Of a stretch of DNA of 64,000 nucleotides, positions 12,301 to 24,119 are shown one piece after another. Within the stretch, counting starts at the first letter, position 1. The number at the start of each line of letters is the position of its first letter. The translations under genes and the position numbers were made by a program. Origin of the DNA: Octopus vulgaris (lineage: Eukaryota); the NCBI GenBank assembly GCA_951406725.2, contig OX597814.1, positions 46,624,001 through 46,688,000 on the forward strand, given 5' to 3'. The notes under the pieces were generated by a model. The model was given only the letters and a program-made list of their open reading frames with translations. It was not told the origin of the DNA and did not search any database.

Positions 12301-15300
12301 GAACATGAGAACTTTTCAGAACCATCTCTATGTTATCAAATGCAAAGTGAAATTGTTTACTAACTGTTTCAGAAACCTCTTGCAGCAGTTTCACCATAAA
12401 TATATCATCTGTGGAGTTACATCCAAATAAAATCCAAAACTCCACCCACCCTTCCTTTATCTGATACTAATTTCATGATTTGGTCCACTAAATTAACACC
12501 TTTATAGTCTTCCACTCCTTTGTATGTCTCCTTTACCTTTATAACATTTGATCACGGTAACTGCTAAGATAACAACTTCCTATACAACTTTATTAAGTGT
12601 CTGAAAAGACAGCAGGATATGATGACAGCAATAAACTTAACTACTTACAGAGTGAGCATTCATGATTTTCTTTGTGTCCCAATCTCCTTCACCTGCAAAA
12701 TAAAATTTAAAATAATGTAAAAATAACAAAGCACTGAGGTGAGAACATAAAATAGGAATAACATAAAATATAAACTTACCTGGACTTGAGATAATTGAGA
12801 TGGAGCCATCTGAACTTGCACAAGCCAACATCAGACCAAATTCATGTGGAGCAAAGCAGACAGAATTGACTGAAATAGATTAAATTCTTATGCAAATTAT
12901 TTTGTCTAGTGATATTATACCATCATGGTAATTTGAGGGAGATTTTACAGTTATTTCAATTAGATCAAGCAATCACATAGAAGCTCCTTCATTGACTTAC
13001 TCTATAATATTTAAGGTATAAGTTAAACACTGGAATTTGTTAGGAGCAAAACACTTTTAGCATATTTAAACTACCCTATATAACTGGAAAACAAGAATCT
13101 CCAGAGAGCCTTTATGTGGTTTCTTCACTTGCAAGATGTAGCAGCCAAATTTCTCTCAAATCATTCTTTCAAAAAGGGGAAAAAGTATGATACAAGAAAA
13201 TACCCAAAGGTAAACAAGCATCTCTCACATTTCAATATCCATACATCGCAGCAAGGCATATTGTAAAAACACCTAGATAGTTGTAGACATTTACATCTGA
13301 AAACCTGCCCAACACAACAATATGGGTAAAAAAAATCATACAAAGTAAATGTTCTAATCAATAAATATACGCTTAATGACATTGTGAATTTTATTATTAA
13401 ATGTGTTATTTACCTGAGGAATCATGATTTGAATATTCATAGAGTTTGGCCCAAGTTCCATTGGTTTCTTTCCATATTATGACTTTACGATCATAACTAC
13501 AGGATGCTAGCAAACATCCAAACATAGGATGTGCCCATGCTAACTGCCAGACAGGTCCATCATGTCTAAAGAGAATTTTAAGAAAAGATTTCAGTTTTCA
13601 AATGCAAAAAGTTAAACCCATAGCTTTTAGAAAAGTGTTAATGAACTGAAGACAACTTCTAGACATGGGATTATATATTTAATACCAATTTGATGACACC
13701 ATATACAGCATATGGTCTGTCCTGACAGAGATGAGACCCACTTCAAGAGATGATATCTATGTTCTTAGCTTATCATTTCTCTTAAAAGCCATTCAAGAGT
13801 TTTTGAAAGCCAAGCAAGAGTACCTGGCAAGAAGGACCAACAGATTGCATCTCATCCAGTTCTCTTTTTGTTGAAGAACAGCTTCACTTTTCTCAAATTC
13901 CTCTTTTCACAGTTCAGTACATCATGCTATCTTCAATCACATCAAAAACAATACATGTGTATGCTATGTCCAAGATACATTTTATCATCATCATTTTATG
14001 TCGGCTTTGAATACTGATATGGTTGGACAGGTTGTTTATATGGTGTCATCACTCATCAAGGAGTGTATCATCTTGTACACACAACAACAGAAAAAAATTA
14101 GCCACCTTATTTGTGCATGTCTTACAGCCTAGAGAGTGTGTTTTATCATGCTACTGGCACTAGAGAGGTCACCCATAGAAGAGGACAAAGGTGCCCCTTC
14201 TACCTTATATCAGTACTTATTTGGAGTTACTCTCAACCTTGAGGGAGTCTGCAATGCAACTTGCAGATTCCACATGTCACTCATAAGTTCTTTTCTTAAT
14301 GTATGTATGACACACACACTCACACACATTAGTGATACACATTCAAAATAATTAATTGCAGGGAACTATATATTGGTTTACTTTACAATTTTCAACTACT
14401 TCCAAATGCAATGTGGAATTATTTATCAATGTTTAAAGAAAAAATATAAATAGCATGTTAACATTTTATATCAAATACTTACGCTTTCAAATCAGCCTGA
14501 AGTGTCTGGCTGCCATTTCTGACATCAAATATTTTCACAGATTTATCAGAAGAACATGTTGCTAGCTTATTGCCATAATAATCCATTTGAGCATCATGCT
14601 AAACAGAAAAATAATAAATGAGACAAATAAACATATTTTTGTGTGTTGGTATGGGTTAGACAAGTCACAACAATACACATAGTCTTGCACACACAACAAA
14701 AAACTGGCCAATTTTGGCGCTATGTATGTTTTACAGTGTGAAAAGGATGTGTTTTATCATGTCACCAGCATTAGAGAAGTTATCTCATGTGAGGATGCCA
14801 GTGCCGCCTAACTGGTCCTGTGCCAGTGGCATGTAAAAAGCACCATTTTAGTGTGGTCGATGCCAGTATAACCTGACTGGCCCTTGTGCTGGTGGCACAT
14901 AAAAAACACCCACTACACTCTCAGAGTGGTTAGCATTAGGAAGGGCATCCAGCTGTAGAAACATTGCCAGATCAGATTGGAGTCTGGTGCAGCCTTCTGG
15001 CTTGCCAGCCCTCAGTTAAACTGTCCAACCCATGTTAGCATGGAAAGCGGATGTTAAACGACGGAGGAGGAGGATGATAAAAACTCTTTTGCCAACTGTC
15101 GTTTCTTATTTACAGTTACCACTCTCCAAGAAGACTAGCTTATGGTGTGATTTGTGAAGCTTGATGTCAAAAATCATTCTGAAGTCAAGTTATTTCTATG
15201 ACTTGATGCCCTCCCTATCACTAAACACTTTCCCATACAGAGTGTCCAAGACACATTTTATTGTACCCCTGGTACTAAAGAAGTTCTTAGAAAGGAAGTT

Positions 15301-18300
15301 TGCAATGTAGTTTGCAGAGTCCACATCACATGCACTCATTCCCCTTTGGCATATATATATACCTATGTGTGTGCATGAATGGTGTTAGATTCATTGCTGG
15401 CTTCAGTGACGAACATTCGGCTGTTCCATAAACTGATTCCCTATTTTTGAAATTAGCACAAGCAGATGAGTATTCCACAGGCACATGTACTTTCATTCTG
15501 CACCACCACAGCACTATGGAAGAGGGCTTGGCTACAGAAATGCAAACACAATCAACAGACAGACAGAGAGAAAGAGAGGATGATGATGTTAATTTCTTTA
15601 CTAGCCAATGAGGGCTGACTAAAACATTGGGCATGCTATAGGGTGATGATGTAGGATTACATTAAAAAAGGGTGTAAAAAAGTGAATAACAAAAAGAAAT
15701 AAAAGTTCTAATAAAGAATAATTTCCCCAAAAGTGGGAAACCTCCAAACACTACTTGTGAACACCCCACAAAGCCAGGGTCATCCTGACCACTAAGGCAA
15801 GTGCTGTCTTAGTTGTCTTCCTCCAATGTTCAGAGCAAAGTCATTCACTTGGACCACAATCACCAAATAATAATCAATCCCAGAACTAGACTGCCATTAC
15901 CTTACCTCTTATTTATCATTCTCATCGTCTTGGCAAAGCTGAGAGAAAACCCCTTTGCTGCCAGCAGAGATAACAGCTCCCTGAATTTTTTGCCAACCAG
16001 TTCTTACAGTGACTAATATGCTTTCAGAACACCCATCTCAATTTCTAATTCAAATCCTAGGTAACAGAAACTATCAACTACTCCTAGACAGCTACTAGGG
16101 CACTGGAGAGTCTAGATCTTAGAACTTATTGCCCCTGTGCACCACTGCATATGATGTCTACCATATCTGTTATCCTTCCTGTGATTCCACTACATCTCTT
16201 ATACTGGTTACAAGATATTGAATGCTTACACACTACTTTTCTTGATGGCGTCAAGGTCCTGTCTTTTCTCTTTGGAATTCCTTTCCCTATTCTACTACTG
16301 CTTCAATTATAAGAACTAGCTCATATGCATGGGCAACAGGCAGTAAACTCTTGCTATGGCTTAGAGGACTATAAATGAACAGAAAGAAACTGGAAACTGA
16401 TCCTTGATGTACTCCTACCTTCACTATACTCATTACTAACTCTCTACACCTCTGCAAATGGCTTGTACAGCTCTCAAAAGCCATTTGTCTCTCTGTCAAA
16501 GACTTTCACAAGGTCAACAAATACCATATATATATTGTGTGTGTGAATGTCCATGAATACATGGGATATTGAAATTACAAGACTTTGCTTATCATAGCCA
16601 GTGGTATGTTCATATTCCTTGATGATATTATGACCAAAAGTTGGTGAGATGGCAGAATTGTTAGCATGCCAGGCAAAATGCTTAGTGACATTTCACCCAT
16701 CTTTATGTTCTGATGTTCAAATACCACTACAGTTGACTTTGCCTTTCATCTTTTCAGGGTTCATAAAATGAGTACCAGTTGAGTACTGGGATCAATGCAA
16801 TCAACTAGCCCTTTCCCCAACAATTTCAGGCCTTGTACCTTTAGTAGAAAAGATATTATGACTTGTTACTTGGTTTTTTTTTCAAAGATTTGTGGAATAA
16901 AAAAACTGTTATTTGAAAAGTTAAGGTCAAGAACTGATGACTAAAAAAAAGCATCCAAATGTAAAACCCTACTTCAAATAAGTCCCCATCCACCCCCTGC
17001 CAGAATAGAAAAATAAACATGAAATCAACAAATGAATAATGGTCTTCAGTTCAGTTTAAGAAGTGAAATGAAGTTGCCTGCTTCCTCAGTTGACTTGCCC
17101 ACAACATAAAGCTCTTAATCAAATGTCATAGAATCATCACACTGAATCCTAAAATTATCTTTAAAAAAAATTCCATTTGAAAAAAAAAAAAAAAAACGTT
17201 CCATTTGAACTACTATAAGCCAATAAAAGATTGCACAAAATACCAAAAGGAAATATCCAATCAGCTTTAGAAGCTGGGTATATTATCAGCCAAAATGATT
17301 GCTTTTCTAATGCTTCATAAATCACCAAGAAATGTCAGACAGTTCACAACAGATTAACTGCAGCCTATGTGCATTCTAATAACTTTCTGCATACATTATG
17401 TAGAAACTGCATAACATGAAGCTGTAACATTTCATTGCAGTATCAAATGAGATTTTCAGTCAGTTCAACAATGGTTTCAAATTTTGGTATAAGGCCAGCA
17501 ATTCCAGGAGAGTTGATTATATTGACCCCAGTGCTCAATTAGTATTTATTTTATTGGCTCAAAATATCTGGCAGTGTCTAGTCACCTGGAGTCATACCCA
17601 ATGACTGGTGTAGTAGCACTATGGTCAACTGCTACAAAGGTAAAGGTGACAATTTAGATACAAATAATTACAGAGATATCAAGTTGTTGGATCAGGTAAT
17701 GAAGGTCATAGCAAAACTAATTAAGGAGAGAGTCAGTTTAGATGAGATGCAGTTTGGGTTCGTGCCTGGGAAAAGCACCACTGATGCTATAATTCTGGTA
17801 AGACAGCTGCAGGAGAAATACCTAGCCAAAGATAAACCTCTGTACCTGGCTTTCGTTGACATGGAGAAAGCCTTTGACAGGGTTCCCCAATCCCTTATCT
17901 GGTGGTCAATGAGGAAACTAGGGATAAATGAATGGTTAGTGAGAGCTGTGCAAGCCATGTACAGTGACACTGTCAGTAAGGTGAGGGTTGGCAACAAGTA
18001 CAGTGAAGAATTCCGGGTAGAGGTAAAGGTCCACCAAGGTTCAGACCTCAGCCCCCTCCTATTTATCATAGTCCTCCAGTCAATAACAGAGGGAGCTCCT
18101 CTATGCTGACAACATTGCTCTAATTGCTGAGTCACTATCAGAACTAGAGGAGAAGTTTCAAGAGTGGAAACAAGGATTAGAATCAAAGGGCCTTAGAGTC
18201 AACCTAGCTAAAGCCAAAGTCCTAATAAATAGGAAAGCAGGCAAACCACAAATCCCTTCAGGTAGATGGCTCTCCTCGATCTGTAGAAAAGGCGTAGGTA

Positions 18301-21300
18301 GAAACTTTATAAGATGTACCCAGTATAAGCTATGGAAACATAAGAGGTGCAGCAATATCAAAGGACGGCCAACTGGGAAAATAGTTTTTGTGTGTGGCAG
18401 ATGCTCAGGAGCAATAAACACTGAAAATGTGCAGAGAACAACTTCTGCCACATTCCAGGGAGAAAAACTAGAAGTAGTTGATAGCTTCCATTGCCTAGGT
18501 GACCAAGTCAGTAGTGGGGGAGGTTGCGCTGAAAGTGTAGCTGCTAGACTAAGAATAACCTGGGCAAAGTTCAGAGAGCTCTTAACTCTGCTGGTGACAA
18601 AGAGCCTCTCGCTCAGAGTAAAAGGTAGACTGTATGACGCATGTGTATGAACAGCCATGCTACATGGCAGTGAAACATGGGCTGTGACTAAGGACATGCG
18701 TAAGCTCACAAGGAATGAAGCCAGTATGCTCCGATGGATGTGTAATGTCAGTGTGCATACTCGACAGAGTGTAAGCACCTTAAGAGAAAAGCTGAACCTA
18801 AGAAGCATCAGATGTGGTGTGCAAGATAGATGACTGCGCTGGTATGGTCATGTGGCGAGAATGGATGAGGATAGCAGTGTGAAAAAGTGCCACACCCTAG
18901 CAGTTGAGGGAACCTGTGGAAGAGGTAGACCTGGGATGAGATGGTGAAGCACGACCTTCGAACATTAGGCCTCACCGAGGGGATGACTACTGACCGAGAC
19001 CTTTGGAAATATGCTGTGCTTGAGAAGACCTGACAAGCCAAGTGAGACCATAATCTCGTGGCCTATGCCAGGGGTGTAACCAGCCCACTTATGCGTACCT
19101 TTCCTTCATTGGGCACTAAACTCTGCTTGCGAAGATCTGTTGAGGCAAATGAAATCGAAATCAAATTCGATGACTAGCATCCATGTTAGTGGAGCGCTAA
19201 GAGCACCATCTGAGTGTGATCGTTGCCAGAGCGGCCAACTGGCTTCCGTGCCGGTGGCACATAAAAAGCACCATTCAAGCGTGATTGTTACTAGCGTCAC
19301 CTTACTGGCACATGAAAAAACATTCGAGCAAGGTCATTGCCAGTGCTGCTGGACTGGCTCCTGTGCAGGTGGCACGTAAAAAACACCATTTGAGCGTGGC
19401 TGTTGCCAGTACCGCCTGACTGGCCCTCGTGCTGGTGGCACATAAAAGCACCCACTACACTCTCAGAGTGGTTGGCGTTAGGAAGGGCATCCAGATGTTG
19501 AAACTCTGTCAGGTCAGACTGGAGCCCGGTGCAGCCATCTGGCTTGCCAGTCCTCAGTCAAATTGTCCAACCCATGCTAGCATGGAAAGCGGACGTTAAA
19601 TGATGATGATTTATTGACCCAAAAAAAGATGAAAGGCAAAGTCAACCTTGGTAGAATTTGAACCCAGGACATAAACAGCCAGAAGAAATGCCACAAAGTA
19701 TTTTGTCCAAGGTGCTAATGACTCACCCATCTTGCCACCTTTATAATACTAAACCTTCTAGACTTTGGAATTCAAAAAGTTACTATCCCTGTTAAGCAGT
19801 GAAAGGTAATCATTTGGCACAATCTTCACACTGAGACTAATCACAAAACAAAAACAATCAAACTCATATTCAATGTATAACAGATCCATTTGTATTTTTG
19901 ATGATTTCCTCAATAGTTCCAGCATGAGCTACAATGAACTGGATATGCAGTAGATTAAACAAAATGATTTAATTGAGTATGTTGCAGACTGATTTGGCTG
20001 TAGGTTTATGACAAATATCTATCTACTCCTAAGGGAGCCTCTAAAGCGTTGACTGGTTAGATATAGCAGCCACACTACTTTCAAATAACACCTTACTCTC
20101 TTTATTAAAGGACAACTCAGACAATGTAGTCTTCAATATACAAAAATGATTGCGTGGTAAAGAATGGAATACCTTTGATCAAAGGTCTGCTCAATAGGGG
20201 ATGACCTGAGACTAAATAACAATAAAATAATCAATGTAAATAGAGTGTACTTTAAAATTAAAGGAAATTATATAACTTTACTCACAATCATATCTTCATG
20301 AGCTGTATCAACTGAGTTGATTACAGATACCTGTAAAAGAAAAAAAAATACAAGATGAAAATGGCAAGTAATAATAATGATCTCTGTTAACCACAAAGGA
20401 CACAGGACAAAACATTGTGTGTGTGTGTGTGTTGTGAGGGATTTGTGTGTAAACAGGTTTAATAAAAAAAAATAGTCATAATAAGATTTGAACAGTAAGT
20501 ATTCCTCATTAGGGAGATGTTTGAGGACTACTCGTGGAAAAACCCCATAAAACCACAGTTGCTCTGACTTCAGGCAGGTGCTTTTTCTCAATTCTTTATC
20601 TCCGATTTACAGGTGTATGCTCAGGGCAGGCCCATTCACTCACATCATGCTCACCACTCTTACCCATCTTTCCACAAAACGGCTGGAAGGTAACACTTAA
20701 CTCTCCTCCCTTATTTTCCTCTTCAAGTGAAACTTGAATTGACCAAATAGGAAATGTTTGTTCAGCTCCTTCAATTGCAATGGCAACCAAGCATATAAAA
20801 ACTGCTTGCCCTTTCTGGTTAAAAGAAGATAGCAGGGCAATCTTCACAATGGATTCAGTTGATAGATGGATCTGCCCTACACATGACAACAGGTGTTCGA
20901 CATAAACCCACATGTCAGCAATGCTTGGACACTGGACAAGAACATGCAGGATGGTTTCATTGCCATGCACAAATCTTCAACATGCTTGGCCAACAGCACT
21001 TCCATGCCTGTAGAATTTATTTCAAACTGGCAATGTCTTTGTAGCACTGCCAGATCAAGGATTTTTGGAAGTTATCCATCAATCCTAAGCTGAAAGTTTT
21101 CCAGAAGTGAGCAGCCAGTTGATTGTCTTTAATGCCCAGGGTCTCCCCAACAATACCATCACTTTTACCTACCACTAATCCTCTGCAGAATGCTAAACTG
21201 GATTTTCCACCTATTGCAGTGCTCAACTGGCTGAGGGTTGTGAGTACTTGAAGATATTCCACTTTCCAGGTGTTCTCTTTCAGTCTCTGCTTGACCCAGG

Positions 21301-23073
21301 ACTCCATCAAGGAGACAAGTTGGGGAAACGCATCTGACGACCACACCTATTCTCTGTCAAGCAAGTGCTAGAAATATTGTAGCTTCAACACATGTTTGCA
21401 CATCATCAGCCATGGCACCCCAGTCCACCATGCAGCAGGTGTTGACAGCAGATGGATCACCTGACCTGTCCACAAGAAGCAAAAGAGAATACACTCTAGT
21501 GCAGTCAGACGAGGACTAGAACATGGCACAATAGTCAGGGAGTAGATGATGGATGCAATGTACACCACCTCTGTCTGACCTTTCAGGGATAGTTTCTGCT
21601 GAGCCAATTTCTGGATGACAGTAGTCACCTTGCTCATTACCTCATCCTAGGTTTTGTCCATCTGGAGGTCTGACTTAAACTGGACCCCAAAAATTTAACC
21701 AGTCTGTCCATCTAGTGCCCAATAACATGGCTGAATATCATGGACTTGCTTCTCTAGATGCTGAGCCACAAGACTATTGACTTTTACTGGTTAATTTTCA
21801 CTCCCAATAATTTTGTACTCCCCGAGAGTGGTGCCAATTATCTTGATTCGTTTGGTTTTTAACATCACTACACTACGTCGTCAGTATATGCTGAAACAGA
21901 TCTCCCACATCCTTGTTCACATAGGATGCCCCTCAATATCTTCAGCTTGTGCAGTAGTAGCTTCAGGGTCAGTATGTACAACAGGACATGATGTTGAATG
22001 ATCCAAGAAATGACAACCTTGGTGGGCCAAGCGCATGATGTTGAATGATCTAAGAGGTGACCATTCACTCTGAGCACTGAATAGATGTCGATGTCCATTG
22101 CAGCAATCTATCCTCTGAATACAGGCCCAAAACTAACTGCCTTGAGAAGCAGCACCAGGTACCGATAGTTGACTCTATCGAAACTTTTGGATTGATCTAA
22201 GTTGACCAGGACCTCACCCATGTCAGGTTCTTTAAATAATAATAATAATCCTTTCTATTACAGACACAAGGCCTGAAATTTGAGGGTGAGAGGCTAGTTG
22301 ATTACATCAACCCAGTGTACAACCAGTACTTATTTCACTGACACCCCTCCCCGAAAGGATGAAATAATAATGATATGGCGTGTGCAACTTTCTCATTCAA
22401 TAATAAATCTAATTAAAATAAACTTTAATTAAAAAAAAAAAACGCTTTATCTATCAAAGGATTGGTATTAAGTAAAATGTATACTCAAACCTATTTTGAA
22501 ACTCACTGGAGAATTAAATAGCTTGTGTAGAATAATTGTTTATATTGTATTTCTCTTTGCGAAGTAATAACATCCTCAATTCAAGAAGAGATTCTCAAAA
22601 TCATTTACCAAGCTAATATTAATTATATTTGACGAGTTTTATTCAACTACTCAGAAATATGAATTCCATTATTTGTAATGCAGAAAACAATATTGAACAT
22701 TCATGGGATTTGATTATTGATAATTATTTTTGACTATGAGCCCCGCTAATAAAATTCTTCAGAATGGGCCTGACAGACTACAGGTCTGTTCGATTAGAGT
22801 AAACAACTATATTTATATTTGGGAACATTCTAGTAGAACAATGATATTTATTTTATTTACCTCTTTAATTGTGAACAAAATACACATTAAAATCACTAAA
22901 TGAAAATAGTTTAGTTTTAAAATAACGATAATATATAAAAAGATAAGAGTGTTCGCTACACCGGTTTGATAGATGTCAAATACTTAATGCCAATTATCAA
23001 CCGCAATTTATTTTTGTTTCTGTGAAATGAAATAAAAAGAATAAGCAAATATAACAAGAAATTAACTTACCAT
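992..23073 (-). CDS. SEC13: Protein SEC13 homolog (COPII coat / Nup107-160 / GATOR2 WD40 protein), complete spliced CDS: join(23071-23073,20286-20330,14483-14598,13414-13565,12780-12869,12649-12692,10753-10880,4306-4429,2455-2598,992-1081), 936 nt, 311 aa
   Basis: Manual splicing gives [42 protein letters not shown]...[16 protein letters not shown]...[28 protein letters not shown]...[50 protein letters not shown], unmistakably SEC13. All introns are GT..AG with compatible phases. Confidence 0.97.
1449..1879 (-). pseudogene. Disrupted ORF for a putative small secreted Cys-containing protein, nested in SEC13 intron 9
   Basis: Signal-peptide-like start [19 protein letters not shown] 1-nt shift in the A5 run (1644-1648) continues the frame, with one internal TGA (1533-1535). 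Confidence 0.3.
2455..2598 (-). CDS. SEC13: SEC13 exon 9 ([10 protein letters not shown]...AVSGGDNK)
   Basis: cag acceptor, gtaagt donor, 144 nt; lies within ORF 2416..2691. Confidence 0.95.
2921..3302 (+). mobile_element. tRNA-headed SINE, family A variant, inside an (AT)n microsatellite
   Basis: TGGCCCAGTGG..GGTTTCGATTCCC Pol III boxes; CpG-rich (young). Confidence 0.8.
4306..4429 (-). CDS. SEC13: SEC13 exon 8 ([41 protein letters not shown])
   Basis: tag acceptor, gtata donor, 124 nt. Confidence 0.95.
4825..6080 (+). mobile_element. Non-autonomous Helitron with internal ~285-bp degenerate repeats
   Basis: A|TCTATATATATAAA start; GAGCAACGCCGGG-N7-GCTAG|T end; no TSD. Confidence 0.75.
6347..8650 (-). 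mobile_element. RTE-clade LINE, 5'-truncated and frameshifted
   Basis: ORFs 8078..8374, 7283..7972 and 6800..7129 give [27 protein letters not shown] and RLHWYGHV; 3' tail ends in (ATG)n. Confidence 0.92.
8728..10401 (+). mobile_element. Helitron fragment with decayed PIF1-type helicase
   Basis: [37 protein letters not shown] and LITNMR motifs; TC 5' end near 8728; Walker A deleted. Confidence 0.88.
10429..10722 (-). mobile_element. Non-autonomous Helitron-like MITE
   Basis: TC...GAGCAACGCCGGG..GCTAG termini on the minus strand; 3' part shared with the 40923 and 41491 copies. Confidence 0.8.
10753..10880 (-). CDS. SEC13: SEC13 exon 7 ([16 protein letters not shown]...[13 protein letters not shown])
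   Basis: cag acceptor, gtaagt donor, 128 nt. Confidence 0.95.
11273..11505 (-). mobile_element. tRNA-headed Nin/Deu-domain SINE (family B) with 14-bp TSD ctattcactgtacc
   Basis: GTCGACTTTGCCTTTCATCCTTTC..GGTCGAT..TAAGTACC domain; TSD at 11259-11272 and 11506-11519. Confidence 0.88.
12649..12692 (-). CDS. SEC13: SEC13 exon 6 ([15 protein letters not shown])
   Basis: cag acceptor, gtaagt donor, 44 nt. Confidence 0.93.
12780..12869 (-). CDS. SEC13: SEC13 exon 5 ([30 protein letters not shown])
   Basis: cag acceptor, gtaagt donor, 90 nt; overlaps ORF 12637..12831. Confidence 0.95.
13414..13565 (-). CDS. SEC13: SEC13 exon 4 ([16 protein letters not shown]...YSNHDSS)
   Basis: tag acceptor, gtaaa donor, 152 nt. 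Confidence 0.95.
14483..14598 (-). CDS. SEC13: SEC13 exon 3 ([38 protein letters not shown])
   Basis: tag acceptor, gtaagt donor, 116 nt. Confidence 0.95.
14800..15078 (+). mobile_element. Solo RTE 3'-tail fragment
   Basis: Matches the 3' UTR of the RTE copies (cactacactctc..ggaagggcatccagctgtagaaac..ccatg..agcatgg). Confidence 0.75.
15780..16525 (-). mobile_element. Old, degenerate RTE-clade LINE fragment
   Basis: KVGVHQGSV and VVDSFCYLG remnants. Confidence 0.6.
17565..19609 (+). mobile_element. RTE-clade LINE, 5'-truncated, inserted into a family B SINE
   Basis: ORF 17621..18109 (RT: [12 protein letters not shown]), full 3' UTR and (ATG)n tail; degenerate TSD tttattg(g/a)c(t/c)caaaa; SINE halves at about 17480-17560 and 19611-19740. 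Confidence 0.92.
20286..20330 (-). CDS. SEC13: SEC13 exon 2 ([15 protein letters not shown])
   Basis: cag acceptor, gtgag donor, 45 nt. Confidence 0.95.
20520..22230 (-). mobile_element. L1/Tx1-clade LINE ORF2 remnant
   Basis: [16 protein letters not shown] (YADD), KLSLKGQ and the C-terminal zinc-knuckle remnant [11 protein letters not shown]. Confidence 0.8.
23071..23073 (-). CDS. SEC13: SEC13 coding exon 1 (ATG only)
   Basis: Minus strand reads ATG|GTAAGT (plus acttac|cat); the next exon starts VSVIN in phase 0. Confidence 0.85.
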
Positions 23074-23159
23074 ATTGAATAACTGATATACACGACTAGA
23101 AATGAATTAGACTCCAGGAATAAAAATTATTCTGAGATGAGCTGAAATTTCCTCCAGCA

Positions 23160-23230
23160 ATACGATGCGGACGTGGCATGCGAGTTCCACAAGGGAGGTT
23201 ACTGCAGTAACACCGGCGTCATCGACTATT
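23160..23230 (-). promoter_or_regulatory. SEC13 proximal promoter/5'UTR: CpG-rich patch with a CREB3/CrebA-type TGCCACGT (23171-23178) and a palindromic RFX X-box-like GTTACTGCAGTAAC (23198-23211)
   Basis: Motifs read directly 100-140 bp upstream of the ATG, in a locally CpG-rich stretch. Confidence 0.5.
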
Positions 23231-24119
23231 CCTAATTTTAAAAATCATTTTCACAAAATTTACTCTTCAGAATACAATTTTAATGTCACATATACATCAT
23301 GCATTTGTATCTTATAAGTTTTAAACTACTTCTCTGTCGCCATATATTTCTTTTATGAACATTTATTAATACCATGTCCTCTGCATTTAAATGTCAGAAA
23401 AATAGAAAGATATTAAACTTTTAGATTAACAATTCATAAGAATTTGCATTGCTTTTTGTCCACATCTAGTTTGAGTTGCAGGGACACCATCGCGACACAG
23501 AACGTGTCTTTTGCATTTTCGATCTGACCACACCTGATTTCTTCCAGAAGAAAATCACACAGAAAAAGAAAGAGTTAGAGAAAGTGAAATCGACTCCAGT
23601 ACATGATTGATGATACTTTATTTATCATCCCCGAAAGAATGAAAGGCAAAGTTAAACTCGACAGGAGCGTCGACTCGGACAATCGGCTGCCTTAATTGTG
23701 ATAGTTAAAAACGTATAAATTAATTGAGTTTTATTGGCGAAGGTAAAGAATACGCACACCTTCCGTTTTTATTTGGGTTTTTTTGGCGTTAGGATTACGC
23801 CGGAAATGAGTGGTGTGAATATTCTTTACCTCCGCCAGTTTTATTAGCTTACATTGAAGGAATTATATAAAAAGAAAAAAAGAAAACGAAGTCTTTTGAA
23901 AATGCCAGTATGAAATGGGTTTCATTGTCCGTATGATAAGGAGATATTTCAGCATCAGTTAGTCCTCTCCTGGAAAACGCACATCTTTAACATAGCTGAG
24001 ACTTCATTAAAGACTGACTTGCTTTTTTCAGGACCAGAAAATACTGTAGCCTCTGACAAATACTAATCATCAACAAGGTTCAGGGTCGGTTTCTATCTTG
24101 CGGACGTCCTCCCTCTTTT

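Noticed and set aside
19180-19460. Repeat-spacer appearance resembling a CRISPR array
   Set aside because: Units are degenerate, spacers are related to each other, the array is part of a LINE 3' UTR in a eukaryote, and there are no cas genes.
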